A DNA stretch of 63,988 nucleotides, filler included, from an uncultured bacterium (GTDB lineage: Bacteria > CAYJOG01): assembly GCA_964371695.1 (NCBI GenBank). It is 4 parts of 4 records of this genome, joined end to end, with 100 filler letters (N's around TTAATTAATTAA, not from the genome) between each part and the next. Parts side by side here need not be neighbours in the genome. Positions count along the whole stretch, not along the records: positions 1 to 18,887 come from CAYJOG010000007.1; 3 more parts are not named here. One strand, 5' to 3'. Positions within the stretch are counted from its first letter, which is position 1; each line of letters starts with the position of its first letter. The position numbers were made by a program, and so were the translations under genes. Shown piece after piece: positions 1 through 9,981 of this stretch. The notes below the pieces were generated by a model. It worked only from the letters and a program-made list of their open reading frames with translations, was not told where the DNA came from and did not search any database.

Positions 1-69
1 GACAACGACAACGCCGCCGCTGAGCATGAGGAAACACCGGGCCGCACCAACGGGTAAAACAACACGCCC

Positions 70-1776
70 ATGGGCACTGCCCACGACGGTGCGCCCGGCA
101 CGCCTTCAGATTACCGGGGGGGGGATGATTTTCAGTTTGGCGGCGGCATGGACAGCCGCGAAGGCCGCGACGTTGCGCCGGACAACACCCCCGGTGCGGG
201 GTCGGGCCTGGACCGGGAAGAAGGCACGGAATCCACTGCCTTTGAAGAAAACGGCGAGCAGACGCCAACGGGCGGGGGCGGACAGGGTGACGGCCAGGGG
301 GGCGGCCAGGGACGTGGGAGCGGGGAAGGCCAAGGCTCGGTTTGCGCCGACGGCAAATGCAGCGGCGGCAATTTCACCAACCGGGCCCAGCGCGAAAGCC
401 CCCAGGCCCCCTTTGACTGGCAGGGTGTGCCCAAAACCGATGACGCCACGGTGATTTATTCCTATTTCACTCCCAAGGCCACGCGCCTGCGTACACAGAC
501 CCTGGGGTATTTCGACGGAAAACGATGGCACCCTCTGGAAAAAATGGGGGGCACCCGTTATCACCCCGTGACCGTGGGTTTGAACCGGAACGGCCCCGGG
601 GCCTCGGTGGCCGCAATGCCGGATGTGAACCAGAGTCAGGAAAAACGCACGCTGAAACTCACGCTGCACAAAAACACCTACGGCCTGATGCTGCACCCCG
701 CCGGGACTTATTACATGAAAGGCCCCGTGTTGCCCGACAGGGTCAACAGCGAAGACGTGTTTTTCACCGGGCAACCCACACGCAAGTGGGGCCAGTGGAC
801 TTACGATTTTTCGCCACGGGTTTTTCACGCGGGCAACAGCATGCCGGTGGCGGAAAGTTATTTTGCCCCTTACCTGGACGCCAGCCGGGTGTCAGACCAC
901 GCCGCCTGGGTGGCGCGGTCCGTGGCGGGTCAGGGGCCGCCCATTGCCAAGGCCATGGCCATTGAGGGGTTTCTGCACAACCGTTTTGGTTACAGCGCCA
1001 ATCTGCCGCCGGTGTTGAGCGGCAGCACGCTGGACACGCTGCTGTTTGACCGCCACGTGGGTTATTGCACCCAGTTTGCCGAGGCCATGGCCCTGATGGC
1101 GCGGGAGGTGGGGCTGCCCGCCCGTGTGGTGGTGGGGTTTGCGACGGGTGAATACGTGGGGTCCAGCACCTTCAAGGTGCGGGGTTCCGATGCCCACGCC
1201 TGGACGGAAGTGAACATTCCCGGCGCGGGCTGGCTGGAGTTCGACGCCACGCCGCCACCGCGCAATCTCAAGGAAGACCCCCTGGCCGGTCTGCCGCCCT
1301 ATCCCGGCGAAGGCAAATGGGAAAGAAAAAAACCACTGGTCGCCACGGAAACTTTGAAACAAAACCCGTGGGTGGTGGTGGCCGTGGTGGTGGTGGTGTG
1401 GATAGTCCTGGGTCTGCTGGTGTGGCTGATACGCAAAAACCGCCGAAAGGGTGAATCGTTTTGGGGTTTCGGGTCAGACGGAAAATCAGCCCGTCTTGCC
1501 GAACAACTGGCTCAGGAACTGCAAATATTGCGGCACAATCTGCAGGCTGCCGGTGCGCTGAGGGGAGATGAACAAACCCCCCGTGAACTGTTTCGCCGTT
1601 GCACCGCAGACCTCAAAACCGCCTCGGAAACCAGCGATCAGGTGGAGTGGTATCTGTATGGCGGCCAAAAGCTGGATGGGCGCAGTTATCTGGACCTGAA
1701 GGGCCGCTTGGCCACCCTGGCTAAAAAACAGAAAGACGTGCAGCAGCCTGTCTCGAATGTTCGCTGGAAGGAATAA
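70..1776 (+). CDS. Transglutaminase-like (TgpA-type) membrane protein
   Basis: Triad motifs GYCTQFA (Cys), DAHAWTEV (His) and GWLEFDATP (Asp); C-terminal TM helix; Gly/acidic low-complexity N-terminus; true 5' end uncertain at the window edge. Confidence 0.85.
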   Translation: MGTAHDGAPGTPSDYRGGDDFQFGGGMDSREGRDVAPDNTPGAGSGLDREEGTESTAFEENGEQTPTGGGGQGDGQGGGQGRGSGEGQGSVCADGKCSGGNFTNRAQRESPQAPFDWQGVPKTDDATVIYSYFTPKATRLRTQTLGYFDGKRWHPLEKMGGTRYHPVTVGLNRNGPGASVAAMPDVNQSQEKRTLKLTLHKNTYGLMLHPAGTYYMKGPVLPDRVNSEDVFFTGQPTRKWGQWTYDFSPRVFHAGNSMPVAESYFAPYLDASRVSDHAAWVARSVAGQGPPIAKAMAIEGFLHNRFGYSANLPPVLSGSTLDTLLFDRHVGYCTQFAEAMALMAREVGLPARVVVGFATGEYVGSSTFKVRGSDAHAWTEVNIPGAGWLEFDATPPPRNLKEDPLAGLPPYPGEGKWERKKPLVATETLKQNPWVVVAVVVVVWIVLGLLVWLIRKNRRKGESFWGFGSDGKSARLAEQLAQELQILRHNLQAAGALRGDEQTPRELFRRCTADLKTASETSDQVEWYLYGGQKLDGRSYLDLKGRLATLAKKQKDVQQPVSNVRWKE

Positions 1777-2068
1777 CGCATTTTCGGAATCGGTGGGTCA
1801 GACATCGCCTGAAAGCCCCGCCTTGGATGGCGTCATTCCCGCGAAAGCGGGAATCCAGTTGAAGAAAAACAGCGCACCTTTTTCTGTTTTTTTATGGTGG
1901 CGCAGGCATCTTGCCTGCGTATTTAAAGATGAAGGCAGGCGGGACGCCTGCCCCACCAGAACTGGTTTTTTTCTCATGTTTTACTGGATTCCCGCTTTCG
2001 CGGGAATGACGGCAGGTTGGCCAAGGTTTTGGTCAGGAAATCTCCGCCAAATGCGCCACCAGTTTTAA
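1774..2068. mobile_element. MITE-like composite repeat, family A (GTCATTCCCGCGAAAGCGGGAATCCAG inverted pair)
   Basis: Inverted core copies at 1832-1858 and 1984-2010; flanks match 32972-33520 (reverse) and 63792-63988. Confidence 0.85.
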
Positions 2069-2089
2069 GCCAGATGAAGCAATAACCTG

Positions 2090-2887
2090 TCACTTTGCTT
2101 TTTCAGGCCGGGTGTTCATGTCAAACAGAGCCTTCAGTCCCTTCAGCGTCAGGTCCGGGTCCACCACGTCAATGCAATGGGTTTCGCGGGCCAGCACCTG
2201 TGCAAATCCCCCCGTGGCCAGCACCCGGATTTTTCCGCCGGGAGATTCTTCTTCCATCGCTTCTTTTATCCGCGTCACCATGCCTTCCAGCTGCGCCACA
2301 AAACCAAACACCATGCCCGATTGCATGCAGGCCAGGGTGCTGCGGCCCAGCACGGTTTCGGGGCGGGCCATGTCCACGCGGGGCAGGCGGGCGGCGCGCT
2401 CAAACAACGCTTCTGTAGAAATACCGATGCCCGGCAAAATCGCACCGCCCAGATAATCTCCCGCCGCGCTCACGCCGCAAAACGTGGTGGCGGTGCCAAA
2501 ATCCACAATAATCAGCGGCCCGCCAAACAGCTTGTGCCCCGCCACGGCGTTGACGATGCGGTCCGAGCCAAGCTCCTTGGGATTCTGGTAGCGGATGCGC
2601 AGACCGGTCTTGATGCCCGGCTCCACAAAAAAAGCCGGTGACTCGAAATATTTCGCGCACAGTTCCTGAAACACATGGTTGAGCGGGGGCACTACCGAGC
2701 TGATGGCCACGCCCTTGACCTGCTGGGACCTGATTTTGTGCTGGCGCAGAAAGCTCATAAAAACCAGGCCGTATTCATCCATGGTGCGGCCCTGCAATGT
2801 GTTCAGCCGCCACTCATGCACCAGGGTTTCGTCGCGGAAAACCCCCGTGGTGATGTTCGAGTTCCCGATGTCCACACACAGCAGCAT
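2090..2887 (-). CDS. coaX: Type III pantothenate kinase
   Basis: VDIGNSN, ELGSDRIVN, VDFGTATT, GGAILPG, ATGG, PDLTLKGL motifs; start ATG 2887 lies 6 nt after TACAAT. Confidence 0.95.
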   Translation of the reverse strand: MLLCVDIGNSNITTGVFRDETLVHEWRLNTLQGRTMDEYGLVFMSFLRQHKIRSQQVKGVAISSVVPPLNHVFQELCAKYFESPAFFVEPGIKTGLRIRYQNPKELGSDRIVNAVAGHKLFGGPLIIVDFGTATTFCGVSAAGDYLGGAILPGIGISTEALFERAARLPRVDMARPETVLGRSTLACMQSGMVFGFVAQLEGMVTRIKEAMEEESPGGKIRVLATGGFAQVLARETHCIDVVDPDLTLKGLKALFDMNTRPEKAK

Positions 2888-2935
2888 CGGGGCATTGTAA
2901 AACGCCTCAATCCACAATGTTTTTATACTGGCCCT

Positions 2936-4042
2936 GTGGCGCGGCAAAACCTGCTGGGAGAACTGGAGGCCCTGCGGCCATTGTTTCAATGGCCCTTTTT
3001 GCCGATTTCGTCTGAGTCACCCCAATGGGCGACGTTGTGTTCCGCGCCCTTTCGTGAGGTGCTCATGCGACTGGGGCTGGCGGGTGTGTTTCTGAACCAG
3101 TGTGCCGCCCCGGCCCTGTTGCCCGCCGATTTGCTGGAAAGCTTGCGTCGCAGGCGGCTGATGCAGCGGGCGCGGGAAATCAGATTGCTGGGGGCCGAAG
3201 ACCACGCCATGGCCGTGCTGAAACAGGCTGGTTTGTCGGCAGTGCCCATCAAGGGGCTGGACCTGCAACGCACGTTGAAAATCCCGGATGGCGAACGCAA
3301 CACGCAGGATGTGGATCTGCTGGTGCAGCCGGGCCAGTTGCGCCCGGCGCTGAAGGCCCTTGGCGGGGCCGGTTACACGCCGGTGAACCGTTACGCCGCC
3401 ATGGCAGAGCCGGAGTATTTTCACGATGTGGCCCTGCGTGCGCCCCGAGAAAAAGTGGTGGTGGAAATACATCACCATTTTTTTGACCGTCACGCCCTGC
3501 GCCACACGGGAGAAGACCCGGCGGGGAACTTCATGGGCTGGTTTTGGCAACATGGCGTTTTGGTGGAAAATCTGACGCCGCTGGGCCGGTGGCTGATTGT
3601 GGCGCTGCGCTGGACGCGAGATGGTTACGCCCGCAATCACACGCTGCGGGATCTGATTCACCTCACCGCCCTTGCGCCGGTGGGGGAGCAGATTCTTTCC
3701 CATCAACAAGCGCTGGAGGGCTTTGGCCTTTGGTCTAATGTTGATCTGGCGCAAAAAACGGCTGATTTTTTTATTTCCCCGGACTGCCTCGCCCTGAGCA
3801 TGAATCAGGAAAAAATACTGCACCTCACCCGGCCCACAATTGAGAGGCCCATCGCACCCTTCAGCAAAAAACTGCTGTGGCTGACACGCCCGCCGGGGGC
3901 AGGGGCGGCGCTCCTTGCCCGCGCCCTGTGGCCCACCGCGCAACAACTGGCGTTTTCACTGCACCAACCTGCTCCGGTGGGTTTGGGACGTCTGGTGGCC
4001 GTGTTGCGGTGGTATCTTCGCGGATTGATGGGGAAGGGCTGA
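2936..4042 (+). CDS. Uncharacterised nucleotidyltransferase family protein (NTP_transf_5-like)
   Basis: PIKGLDL, ERNTQDVDLLV, VEIHH motifs; start re-called to GTG 2936 (6 nt after TATACT, avoids overlap with coaX). Confidence 0.75.
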   Translation: MARQNLLGELEALRPLFQWPFLPISSESPQWATLCSAPFREVLMRLGLAGVFLNQCAAPALLPADLLESLRRRRLMQRAREIRLLGAEDHAMAVLKQAGLSAVPIKGLDLQRTLKIPDGERNTQDVDLLVQPGQLRPALKALGGAGYTPVNRYAAMAEPEYFHDVALRAPREKVVVEIHHHFFDRHALRHTGEDPAGNFMGWFWQHGVLVENLTPLGRWLIVALRWTRDGYARNHTLRDLIHLTALAPVGEQILSHQQALEGFGLWSNVDLAQKTADFFISPDCLALSMNQEKILHLTRPTIERPIAPFSKKLLWLTRPPGAGAALLARALWPTAQQLAFSLHQPAPVGLGRLVAVLRWYLRGLMGKG

Positions 4043-4045
4043 GGC

Positions 4046-6037
4046 ATGAAAACAGTGCTTCTTCATGTTTCTCCCCTGCTGGCGTTGTTGCACCTGATGG
4101 CGGCAGCGGCGTTGGGGAGGCGGTTGTTTGACAGGGTGTTGATAAACACCCTGCAAAATCCAAGGATGGATTTTACCGCTTGCAGGGGTCAAAAAACCCC
4201 TGCAAATGCGCGGTTGAGCGAGGGTTTTGCCCAAGCGAAACCGGTTGAAAAAGTCCAGGAGGGACTTTCTCAACACCCTGTTAGAGGGGCTGGTTGGGCC
4301 GCCTGTCTGCTGGCCGGTTTGCTGGTGATACACCATGGTGTGTTGTTGCTGGGTTTGGCGGGGCTTCTGAAACCGCCTCTTTTAAGCGCGGTGTGGCTGC
4401 TGCTGGTGGGGCATGGCCTGCAAACCTGTTGGGAGCTTCGGGAAAAATTCCAAAACCACTTGACAGTGTTTTTGCTCCACGTGAAACAACAGGGGCCGAT
4501 TTTTGTGCTGCTGATGGTGGTTGCCCTGTTGGCCTGGCTGGCCGCCGCCACGGGCACACAGGCCCCCAGCGTTGCCTATGACGACTGGAACTATCATCTG
4601 GCCATGCCCGCCCGGTGGCTCAGGGCAGGGGCCATCACACCGGCGTGGGATCTGCACCACGGGTTTTTCCCCATGTTGCTGGAAATGAATGGTTTGCTGC
4701 TGATGGCGTTTGCGCCGGATCAGGCGGCCCGCTGGCTCAATCCCTTCCTGGCTCTGGTGGTGGCTGGGGGCATTGCATCGCATTTTTCAGAGCTGTCTGC
4801 GGCGACCCAAAAAACAGGCCCCACGCCGGGCCGTCTGATGCCCTTGCTGTGGCTGGTGTTGCCGCTGGTGGTGCTGGAAATGCAGATGCTGGCGGTGGAG
4901 ATTTTGTTGGCCTTGTGTGTGGTGGTGGCTTTTCAGGGGTTCCTCAAAACCTTGGAGGACGCGTCATCCAAACAGGGGTGGTTGTTGCTGTCGCTTGGCC
5001 TTGCCGCAGCGTTGAGCCAGAAATACACCTTTTTGCCCTGGGTGGTGCTGGCCGGTGGGTGGGCGATTTTGAAAATCAGATCAAGCCGGGGGATGGGCGT
5101 GGGAATTCTGGCCCTGGGCTTGCTGGGGGCGTCGCCGGTTTATCTCAGGAACGCGCTCTGGACGGGGAATCCTTTTTATCCGTTCATGGGGGGCGTGTTT
5201 CAGTGGCAGCGGGCGTGGAATGAACACCTTGTGCTGCACTATGAAACCGCCCTGCACAGTTATGGCGGCGTGGGAGACAGCCTGCTTGATTTTCTGTTGT
5301 TGCCGGTGAGGTGGTTGACGCAGGCAGAGGCCTTCCACGGCCCGTTCACGTTCGCTTTGGTGTTGCTGCCCCTGGCGATTTTTGCGCTTCCTAAAACAAA
5401 CAGAACCACCCGACTGGCCGGTGTGGTTTTTTTGATGGCGGTGGGGTTGTGGTTCAAGGCGTCGCAGGACATCCGGCATCTGTTGCCCTGGATGCCGGTT
5501 TTTGTGATTTTTCTGGGTGGTGCGCTGAGTGCCCTGCAAAAACCGTGGCGAATGGCCAGCGTGGCGGTGCTGGCCATTGTTCTGGTGATACACATGGCGC
5601 AGTCCCTCACCGGCGGGGATTCACCGGCTCACCGGTGGAAAGTGGTGGCGGGGCTGGAAACGCCGTCTGCCTATCTCACCCGCACCCATCATTTGTATTC
5701 GCCCTATCAAAAAACCTGCCGGATTGTGGGGCAGGGGGGCAAGGTGCTGCTCATGGACACCCTGTCGCTTTCTTATCCGCTCACCTGCCCTCACACCATT
5801 GGGCATCTTTTTTTTCAAGGATATTGGGACTGGTGGCGGCTGAAATCCACGGAGCAGTTTTTGTCGCTTACCCAAAAAAGGGGCGTCACCCACCTGCTGC
5901 TGCAAAATGCATCGCGCAAAAAACCCCGCCCGCCTTTCATGCCGCCCGCCTATTCGCGGGTGGTGGCCGATGTGCTGGCCCACCACGCCGAACTGGTTTT
6001 TGATGAAAACGGTGTGAGCCTTTACCGGCTGAAATAA
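4046..6037 (+). CDS. Polytopic membrane protein, probable GT-C/PMT-like glycosyltransferase
   Basis: Many TM helices; loop motif YDDWNYHLAMP; YLRNALWTGNPFYPF; soluble C-terminal domain. Confidence 0.65.
   Translation: MKTVLLHVSPLLALLHLMAAAALGRRLFDRVLINTLQNPRMDFTACRGQKTPANARLSEGFAQAKPVEKVQEGLSQHPVRGAGWAACLLAGLLVIHHGVLLLGLAGLLKPPLLSAVWLLLVGHGLQTCWELREKFQNHLTVFLLHVKQQGPIFVLLMVVALLAWLAAATGTQAPSVAYDDWNYHLAMPARWLRAGAITPAWDLHHGFFPMLLEMNGLLLMAFAPDQAARWLNPFLALVVAGGIASHFSELSAATQKTGPTPGRLMPLLWLVLPLVVLEMQMLAVEILLALCVVVAFQGFLKTLEDASSKQGWLLLSLGLAAALSQKYTFLPWVVLAGGWAILKIRSSRGMGVGILALGLLGASPVYLRNALWTGNPFYPFMGGVFQWQRAWNEHLVLHYETALHSYGGVGDSLLDFLLLPVRWLTQAEAFHGPFTFALVLLPLAIFALPKTNRTTRLAGVVFLMAVGLWFKASQDIRHLLPWMPVFVIFLGGALSALQKPWRMASVAVLAIVLVIHMAQSLTGGDSPAHRWKVVAGLETPSAYLTRTHHLYSPYQKTCRIVGQGGKVLLMDTLSLSYPLTCPHTIGHLFFQGYWDWWRLKSTEQFLSLTQKRGVTHLLLQNASRKKPRPPFMPPAYSRVVADVLAHHAELVFDENGVSLYRLK
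4131..4281. mobile_element. Palindromic MITE-like element inserted in frame in a CDS
   Basis: Perfect 12-bp terminal inverted repeat ACAGGGTGTTGA...TCAACACCCTGT; internal hairpins; right end similar to intergenic 22357-22396. Confidence 0.75.
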
Positions 6038-6116
6038 CGGCATTTTTCGGGATAGGCGACTTCACCGGTAAAATGGCTTTCTTGCCTCCCTTTGTTGATT
6101 ACGCCAAAACGCCTTT

Positions 6117-7448
6117 TTGCCGGGAAAAAAATTGAAACTCACCCGGCGGCTGATGTGGATGACCTTGTTGCTGTTTGCCGTGATGAGCGGGGGCGTGTTT
6201 GTGCTTCAGCGGCATTTTCTGGGTCAGGCCATCCGGTCAGACGCGTTGTTTTATCTGGATGACCTTTACGCCACGCTGCTGTTCCGGTCCCTCAGGGGCA
6301 ACATGCTGGTGGGGCGGCCCGACAAGGCCCGCGAGCTTTACACCGCCATGCGTGATTTTCTGGGTGAGCAGCACCACAAAGTGCAGCACCGGCCCAGGGT
6401 TTCGGTTTTTTCTCCCCAGGCCGCCGCGCCCCTCACGGTGGCCGAACTGGTGGTGATACGCCGCACCGGTGAAGAGGCCTTTGTGGACAACGACACCATT
6501 CTGGACGTGAACGAACGGACCTGGGAAAACTTCCCCGAACAGGAAGTTCCTCGCAAACCCAGGTGGTTCAAAACAGAGGGTTTTGCGGCCGCCCTGAAAA
6601 TGGGCAAAAGTGTCTCCCGCGAAACCGACACGCCCCAGGGGCCGCAGTTGTGGATTTACAAACCCCTGCCCAACACCAAGAAATGTTTTGGTTGTCATGG
6701 CAGCAAACACAGGTTCCGGGGGGTGGCGGCCATGCGGGTGCCGCTCAACGCCATGAACGACCGCATGCGGGCCGAGAGCCTGCGCCTGGCCTTGTTGCTG
6801 GGCATGGGAGCCATCGCCTGCTGCGCCATGTTGTTGTGGTTGTTGCGCCGCTGGGTGCTGGGGCCGCTGGAAGTCATGGGGGGCTTGGCCCAGAGGGTGG
6901 CCAGTGGCGACCTCAGCCCCGCGCCGCCGCCCCAGGGGCCAGATGAAATGGCGGTGCTTCACCAGCAGTTCGGTCAGATGCTGGAGGGGCTGCGCCACAC
7001 CTTTCAGCAACAGACGACCGAAAAAATCCCCACAGCGCCCCGGTGGTTGCTGTTGTGCCGTTCAGAAAATTCCCAGCCGGCGTTTGACATGCTCAGACAG
7101 CACAACGCAGGTTTTCAGCAGCGGGTAAACGACAACCTCTGGCTCGCCGGGTTTGAGGGGTCTCAGTCAGAGGCGCAGGCCGCTTTGTGTGCGCTGGCGC
7201 TTTTGCGACAGGGGGCTGCGGTGTGGCTGTGGGAGGCGGAAAAACACGAATTTTTGCCGCCAGTGCTTTCTCATACAAAGGGTGGGGTGTCGCTGTCAGC
7301 TTCGGTGCAAACCGTTTCCCGGCTGCAATCAATGGGTTTTGAAATCACGCCGGATGATGCGGGCGAAAATTTTCATCTGACAGGGGTGAAGCCGGGCAGC
7401 CCTGCCGACCGCTTGGCCCCAGAAATTTTTGGTGATGGCGCCGACTGA
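6117..7448 (+). CDS. Membrane sensor with periplasmic c-type heme (CXXCH) domain, HAMP domain and degenerate C-terminal domain
   Basis: Two TM helices flank a domain containing CFGCH (6684-6698); HAMP motif PL..M...AQRVASGDLS...DEMAVL. Confidence 0.7.
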   Translation: MPGKKLKLTRRLMWMTLLLFAVMSGGVFVLQRHFLGQAIRSDALFYLDDLYATLLFRSLRGNMLVGRPDKARELYTAMRDFLGEQHHKVQHRPRVSVFSPQAAAPLTVAELVVIRRTGEEAFVDNDTILDVNERTWENFPEQEVPRKPRWFKTEGFAAALKMGKSVSRETDTPQGPQLWIYKPLPNTKKCFGCHGSKHRFRGVAAMRVPLNAMNDRMRAESLRLALLLGMGAIACCAMLLWLLRRWVLGPLEVMGGLAQRVASGDLSPAPPPQGPDEMAVLHQQFGQMLEGLRHTFQQQTTEKIPTAPRWLLLCRSENSQPAFDMLRQHNAGFQQRVNDNLWLAGFEGSQSEAQAALCALALLRQGAAVWLWEAEKHEFLPPVLSHTKGGVSLSASVQTVSRLQSMGFEITPDDAGENFHLTGVKPGSPADRLAPEIFGDGAD

Positions 7449-9975
7449 AGGAAACAATCCCCGGCGGCTGGTGCTGGCGGTGACACTGCTGGGGCTTTCG
7501 CAGGCCCTTGGACGCAGTATTGGTCTGGCGCTGTTTTATGCCCAGGCCGGGCCAGCCCGTTTGCCCTGGGTGTTTATTTTGTCTGACGTGTTGCTGGGGG
7601 TGGCGGCGGTGAGTCTGCCCCGGCTGCTGAAGCGTTCCAGCGCCGGGCAGAGTCTGGAAAAAGTTTTGAAACTGTCGCTGCCTTTTTTGTGGGCGGCCAT
7701 GATCTGGTGCGGTTTGGCTCCTGGCTCCGCCAGCACGCTTGTTTTTCTCGTGGTGCATTTTGTGTCATCGCTGTTGGGCCTGATTCTGTTCAGCCAGTGG
7801 TTGCCCACGCTGTTTTCGCTCCAAACGCTTAAAAAAGAAGGGGGCTGGCTTTTTCTGGGCCTGCCCATGGGGGCGTTGTCGGGCGGGTTGCTGGTGCGGA
7901 TTTTGAGCCACTGGATAACACCCAACCAGTTGCTACTGCTGTTGGGGTTGCCCGCGTCGTTCGTGGCGGTTTGGGTTTTGTCCGGCATGACCAGAAAGAT
8001 GCTGCCCATGCAGACCACTGGCCGGGCTGCGGAGGTTTCTGCCGGTCAGCTTTTACGGCGGCCGTTTTCTCCGGGGTTGGTGCTCAGTCTTTTTATCGGG
8101 GCGGCCCTGTTTATTTTTGCGTCGCGCTTGTTGGAATTCTCTGCTGCACGGGTGTTGAAACAGGCCTATCCCCAGCAGGTGCAACTCACACGGTTTTTTG
8201 CGGGTTACGAAATCGTGGCCAATGTGGCGGCCATGGTGTTGCAGGGGCTGGTGGCTGCACGGTGGATCACCTGGCTGGGGGTGGGTGGGGCCAACGCGGT
8301 GTTTGGCCTGTTGCACATGGGGGCTGCGCTGGTGCTGGGCATGACGGTTTCTCCGGTGGGTGCGGCCCTGTTGCTGTTTGTGCAGGGCGAGGGAAAAACA
8401 GCCCTCAGAGCGCCCGTGCAGAATCTGCTCGTCAACGGTCTGCCGCCCCGCGAGTGGCGCGCCCTGCGCACGTTGCTCAACGGCGTGGTGATTCCCGCCG
8501 CCAGTCTGCTGGCCGCCGGGCTGTTGTTGTGGCAGGGCAAACACATCGACATTCAAACGCTGGCTAAGGGGGCGGTGGTGTTGCTGCTGATGTTGTTGCC
8601 CGTGTTGTGGTGGCAGGGCAGGGCTTTTGGCCAGGGAGTATTTCGTCAGGTGAGTCAGGGCGGGATTTTTGAGGAAGGGCGGATGGTGGTTCGTGAATTG
8701 CCGTTCGCGGCGGCGGTTCGATTAATTGACCGCCTTTTGCATCACCCATTAAGTGCGGTGCGGCAGCGGGGCATGGCGCTGGCGGTGGACCTGGGGCCTC
8801 AGCATTTTTTCGCCAGCCTGATGCGCTTTTTTGAGGAGGGCAGTCACGAAGACCGCACGGCGCTGATGCTGGCCCTGCGGGACTCTGACCAGCCTTTGCC
8901 CGCACCCCTGCGGCATTTTCTTTCGGCGGTGTCCATGCGTCTGGATGAATGGGCCCTGTGGCTGAACGTGCTGGGCGAAAAAAATGAAAGCGGCGCGGCG
9001 GAACTGGCCAACCGGTTTTTGGATAACCCCAGCAGCGCTCTGTCGGTGCCCGCCCGCCTGCTGGCGGGGCAGGCGCCGGGGCCGCAAGAAAACCTTGTCC
9101 CCTGGGTGATGAGCCTCAGCCGGTGGGGCAGCCTCGCAGCGGCCGAGGCTGTTTTTCAATCTGCGCAGGGACAGGAAAACCCGGTGGTTCTGGCGGCCCT
9201 GGCACTGCGGCTGGGGCGGGCAGACTTTTTTCTGAACCAGAATCTGACGGGAGAAGCGCTTTGTGCCTTGCCCCATGAACTGCAATGGCGGCTGATTCAA
9301 CTTTTGCCCACGAGTCTGGAAGTCCCTCCTCCCTTTTTTCTGGCCTGGCTCTGCGGTGCGCCGCCGTCTCTAAAGCCTGCTTTTGAACAATGGCTGAAGG
9401 CAGTTGGCCATGATTTCAGATTGGCGTTGTTTGAGCAGACTGGCTGGGATTCTGCCGCCACATGGCGCGAGCGGGAGGCGGTTTGGCCACTGTTGTGGGA
9501 TTCTGAAAAAGTGATGGAAGCTTGTCTGGAGGGGCTGGGGCAGTGCGCCGGTTTGAAAACATTTGCCGCAGACTTTTCCCCTGTCTTGCATCGATGTCTT
9601 CTGGGAGAAATAAGCCACCGACGGATATTGGCGCTGAAGGTGATTTGTCAGGCCAATCATGCGTCGGAGGCGTGGCGGGAATTGTGGGAGGCGCTTGGTC
9701 AACCGAATGGCGCATCGCGGGCCAATGCAGAAGAAGTGCTGCTGGAATGGCTCCAGGCCAAACCGCTTGTTCAAGCGCTGCTTTCTGGCGCAGATGAAAC
9801 TGGGTTGACCGCCGAAAAAATCCTGTCTTCCCTGGGGGTGCTCACGTTGGCGTTGTTGTGCCGTGAAGAAGGACTCCCGGCGAAGGTAAAGGAACAGGCT
9901 TGGGCGGCATTACACAAAAAAGCCCCAGAGCACGTTTTGACCGGCGAGATTAGCGCCTTGTCGGTGGCGGGTTGA
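7429..9975 (+). CDS. MFS/NTT-like transporter domain fused to HEAT-like helical repeats
   Basis: About 12 hydrophobic segments in the N-terminal half (GPARLPWVF, QLTRFFAGY..VAN); helical repeat-like C-terminal half. Confidence 0.6.
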   Translation: MVMAPTEGNNPRRLVLAVTLLGLSQALGRSIGLALFYAQAGPARLPWVFILSDVLLGVAAVSLPRLLKRSSAGQSLEKVLKLSLPFLWAAMIWCGLAPGSASTLVFLVVHFVSSLLGLILFSQWLPTLFSLQTLKKEGGWLFLGLPMGALSGGLLVRILSHWITPNQLLLLLGLPASFVAVWVLSGMTRKMLPMQTTGRAAEVSAGQLLRRPFSPGLVLSLFIGAALFIFASRLLEFSAARVLKQAYPQQVQLTRFFAGYEIVANVAAMVLQGLVAARWITWLGVGGANAVFGLLHMGAALVLGMTVSPVGAALLLFVQGEGKTALRAPVQNLLVNGLPPREWRALRTLLNGVVIPAASLLAAGLLLWQGKHIDIQTLAKGAVVLLLMLLPVLWWQGRAFGQGVFRQVSQGGIFEEGRMVVRELPFAAAVRLIDRLLHHPLSAVRQRGMALAVDLGPQHFFASLMRFFEEGSHEDRTALMLALRDSDQPLPAPLRHFLSAVSMRLDEWALWLNVLGEKNESGAAELANRFLDNPSSALSVPARLLAGQAPGPQENLVPWVMSLSRWGSLAAAEAVFQSAQGQENPVVLAALALRLGRADFFLNQNLTGEALCALPHELQWRLIQLLPTSLEVPPPFFLAWLCGAPPSLKPAFEQWLKAVGHDFRLALFEQTGWDSAATWREREAVWPLLWDSEKVMEACLEGLGQCAGLKTFAADFSPVLHRCLLGEISHRRILALKVICQANHASEAWRELWEALGQPNGASRANAEEVLLEWLQAKPLVQALLSGADETGLTAEKILSSLGVLTLALLCREEGLPAKVKEQAWAALHKKAPEHVLTGEISALSVAG

Positions 9976-9981
9976 TGTTTG

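Noticed and set aside
2936-6037. Lasso peptide or RiPP locus suggested by the NTP_transf_5-like gene
   Set aside because: No precursor, PqqD/RRE, B2 peptidase or asparagine synthetase-like gene nearby.
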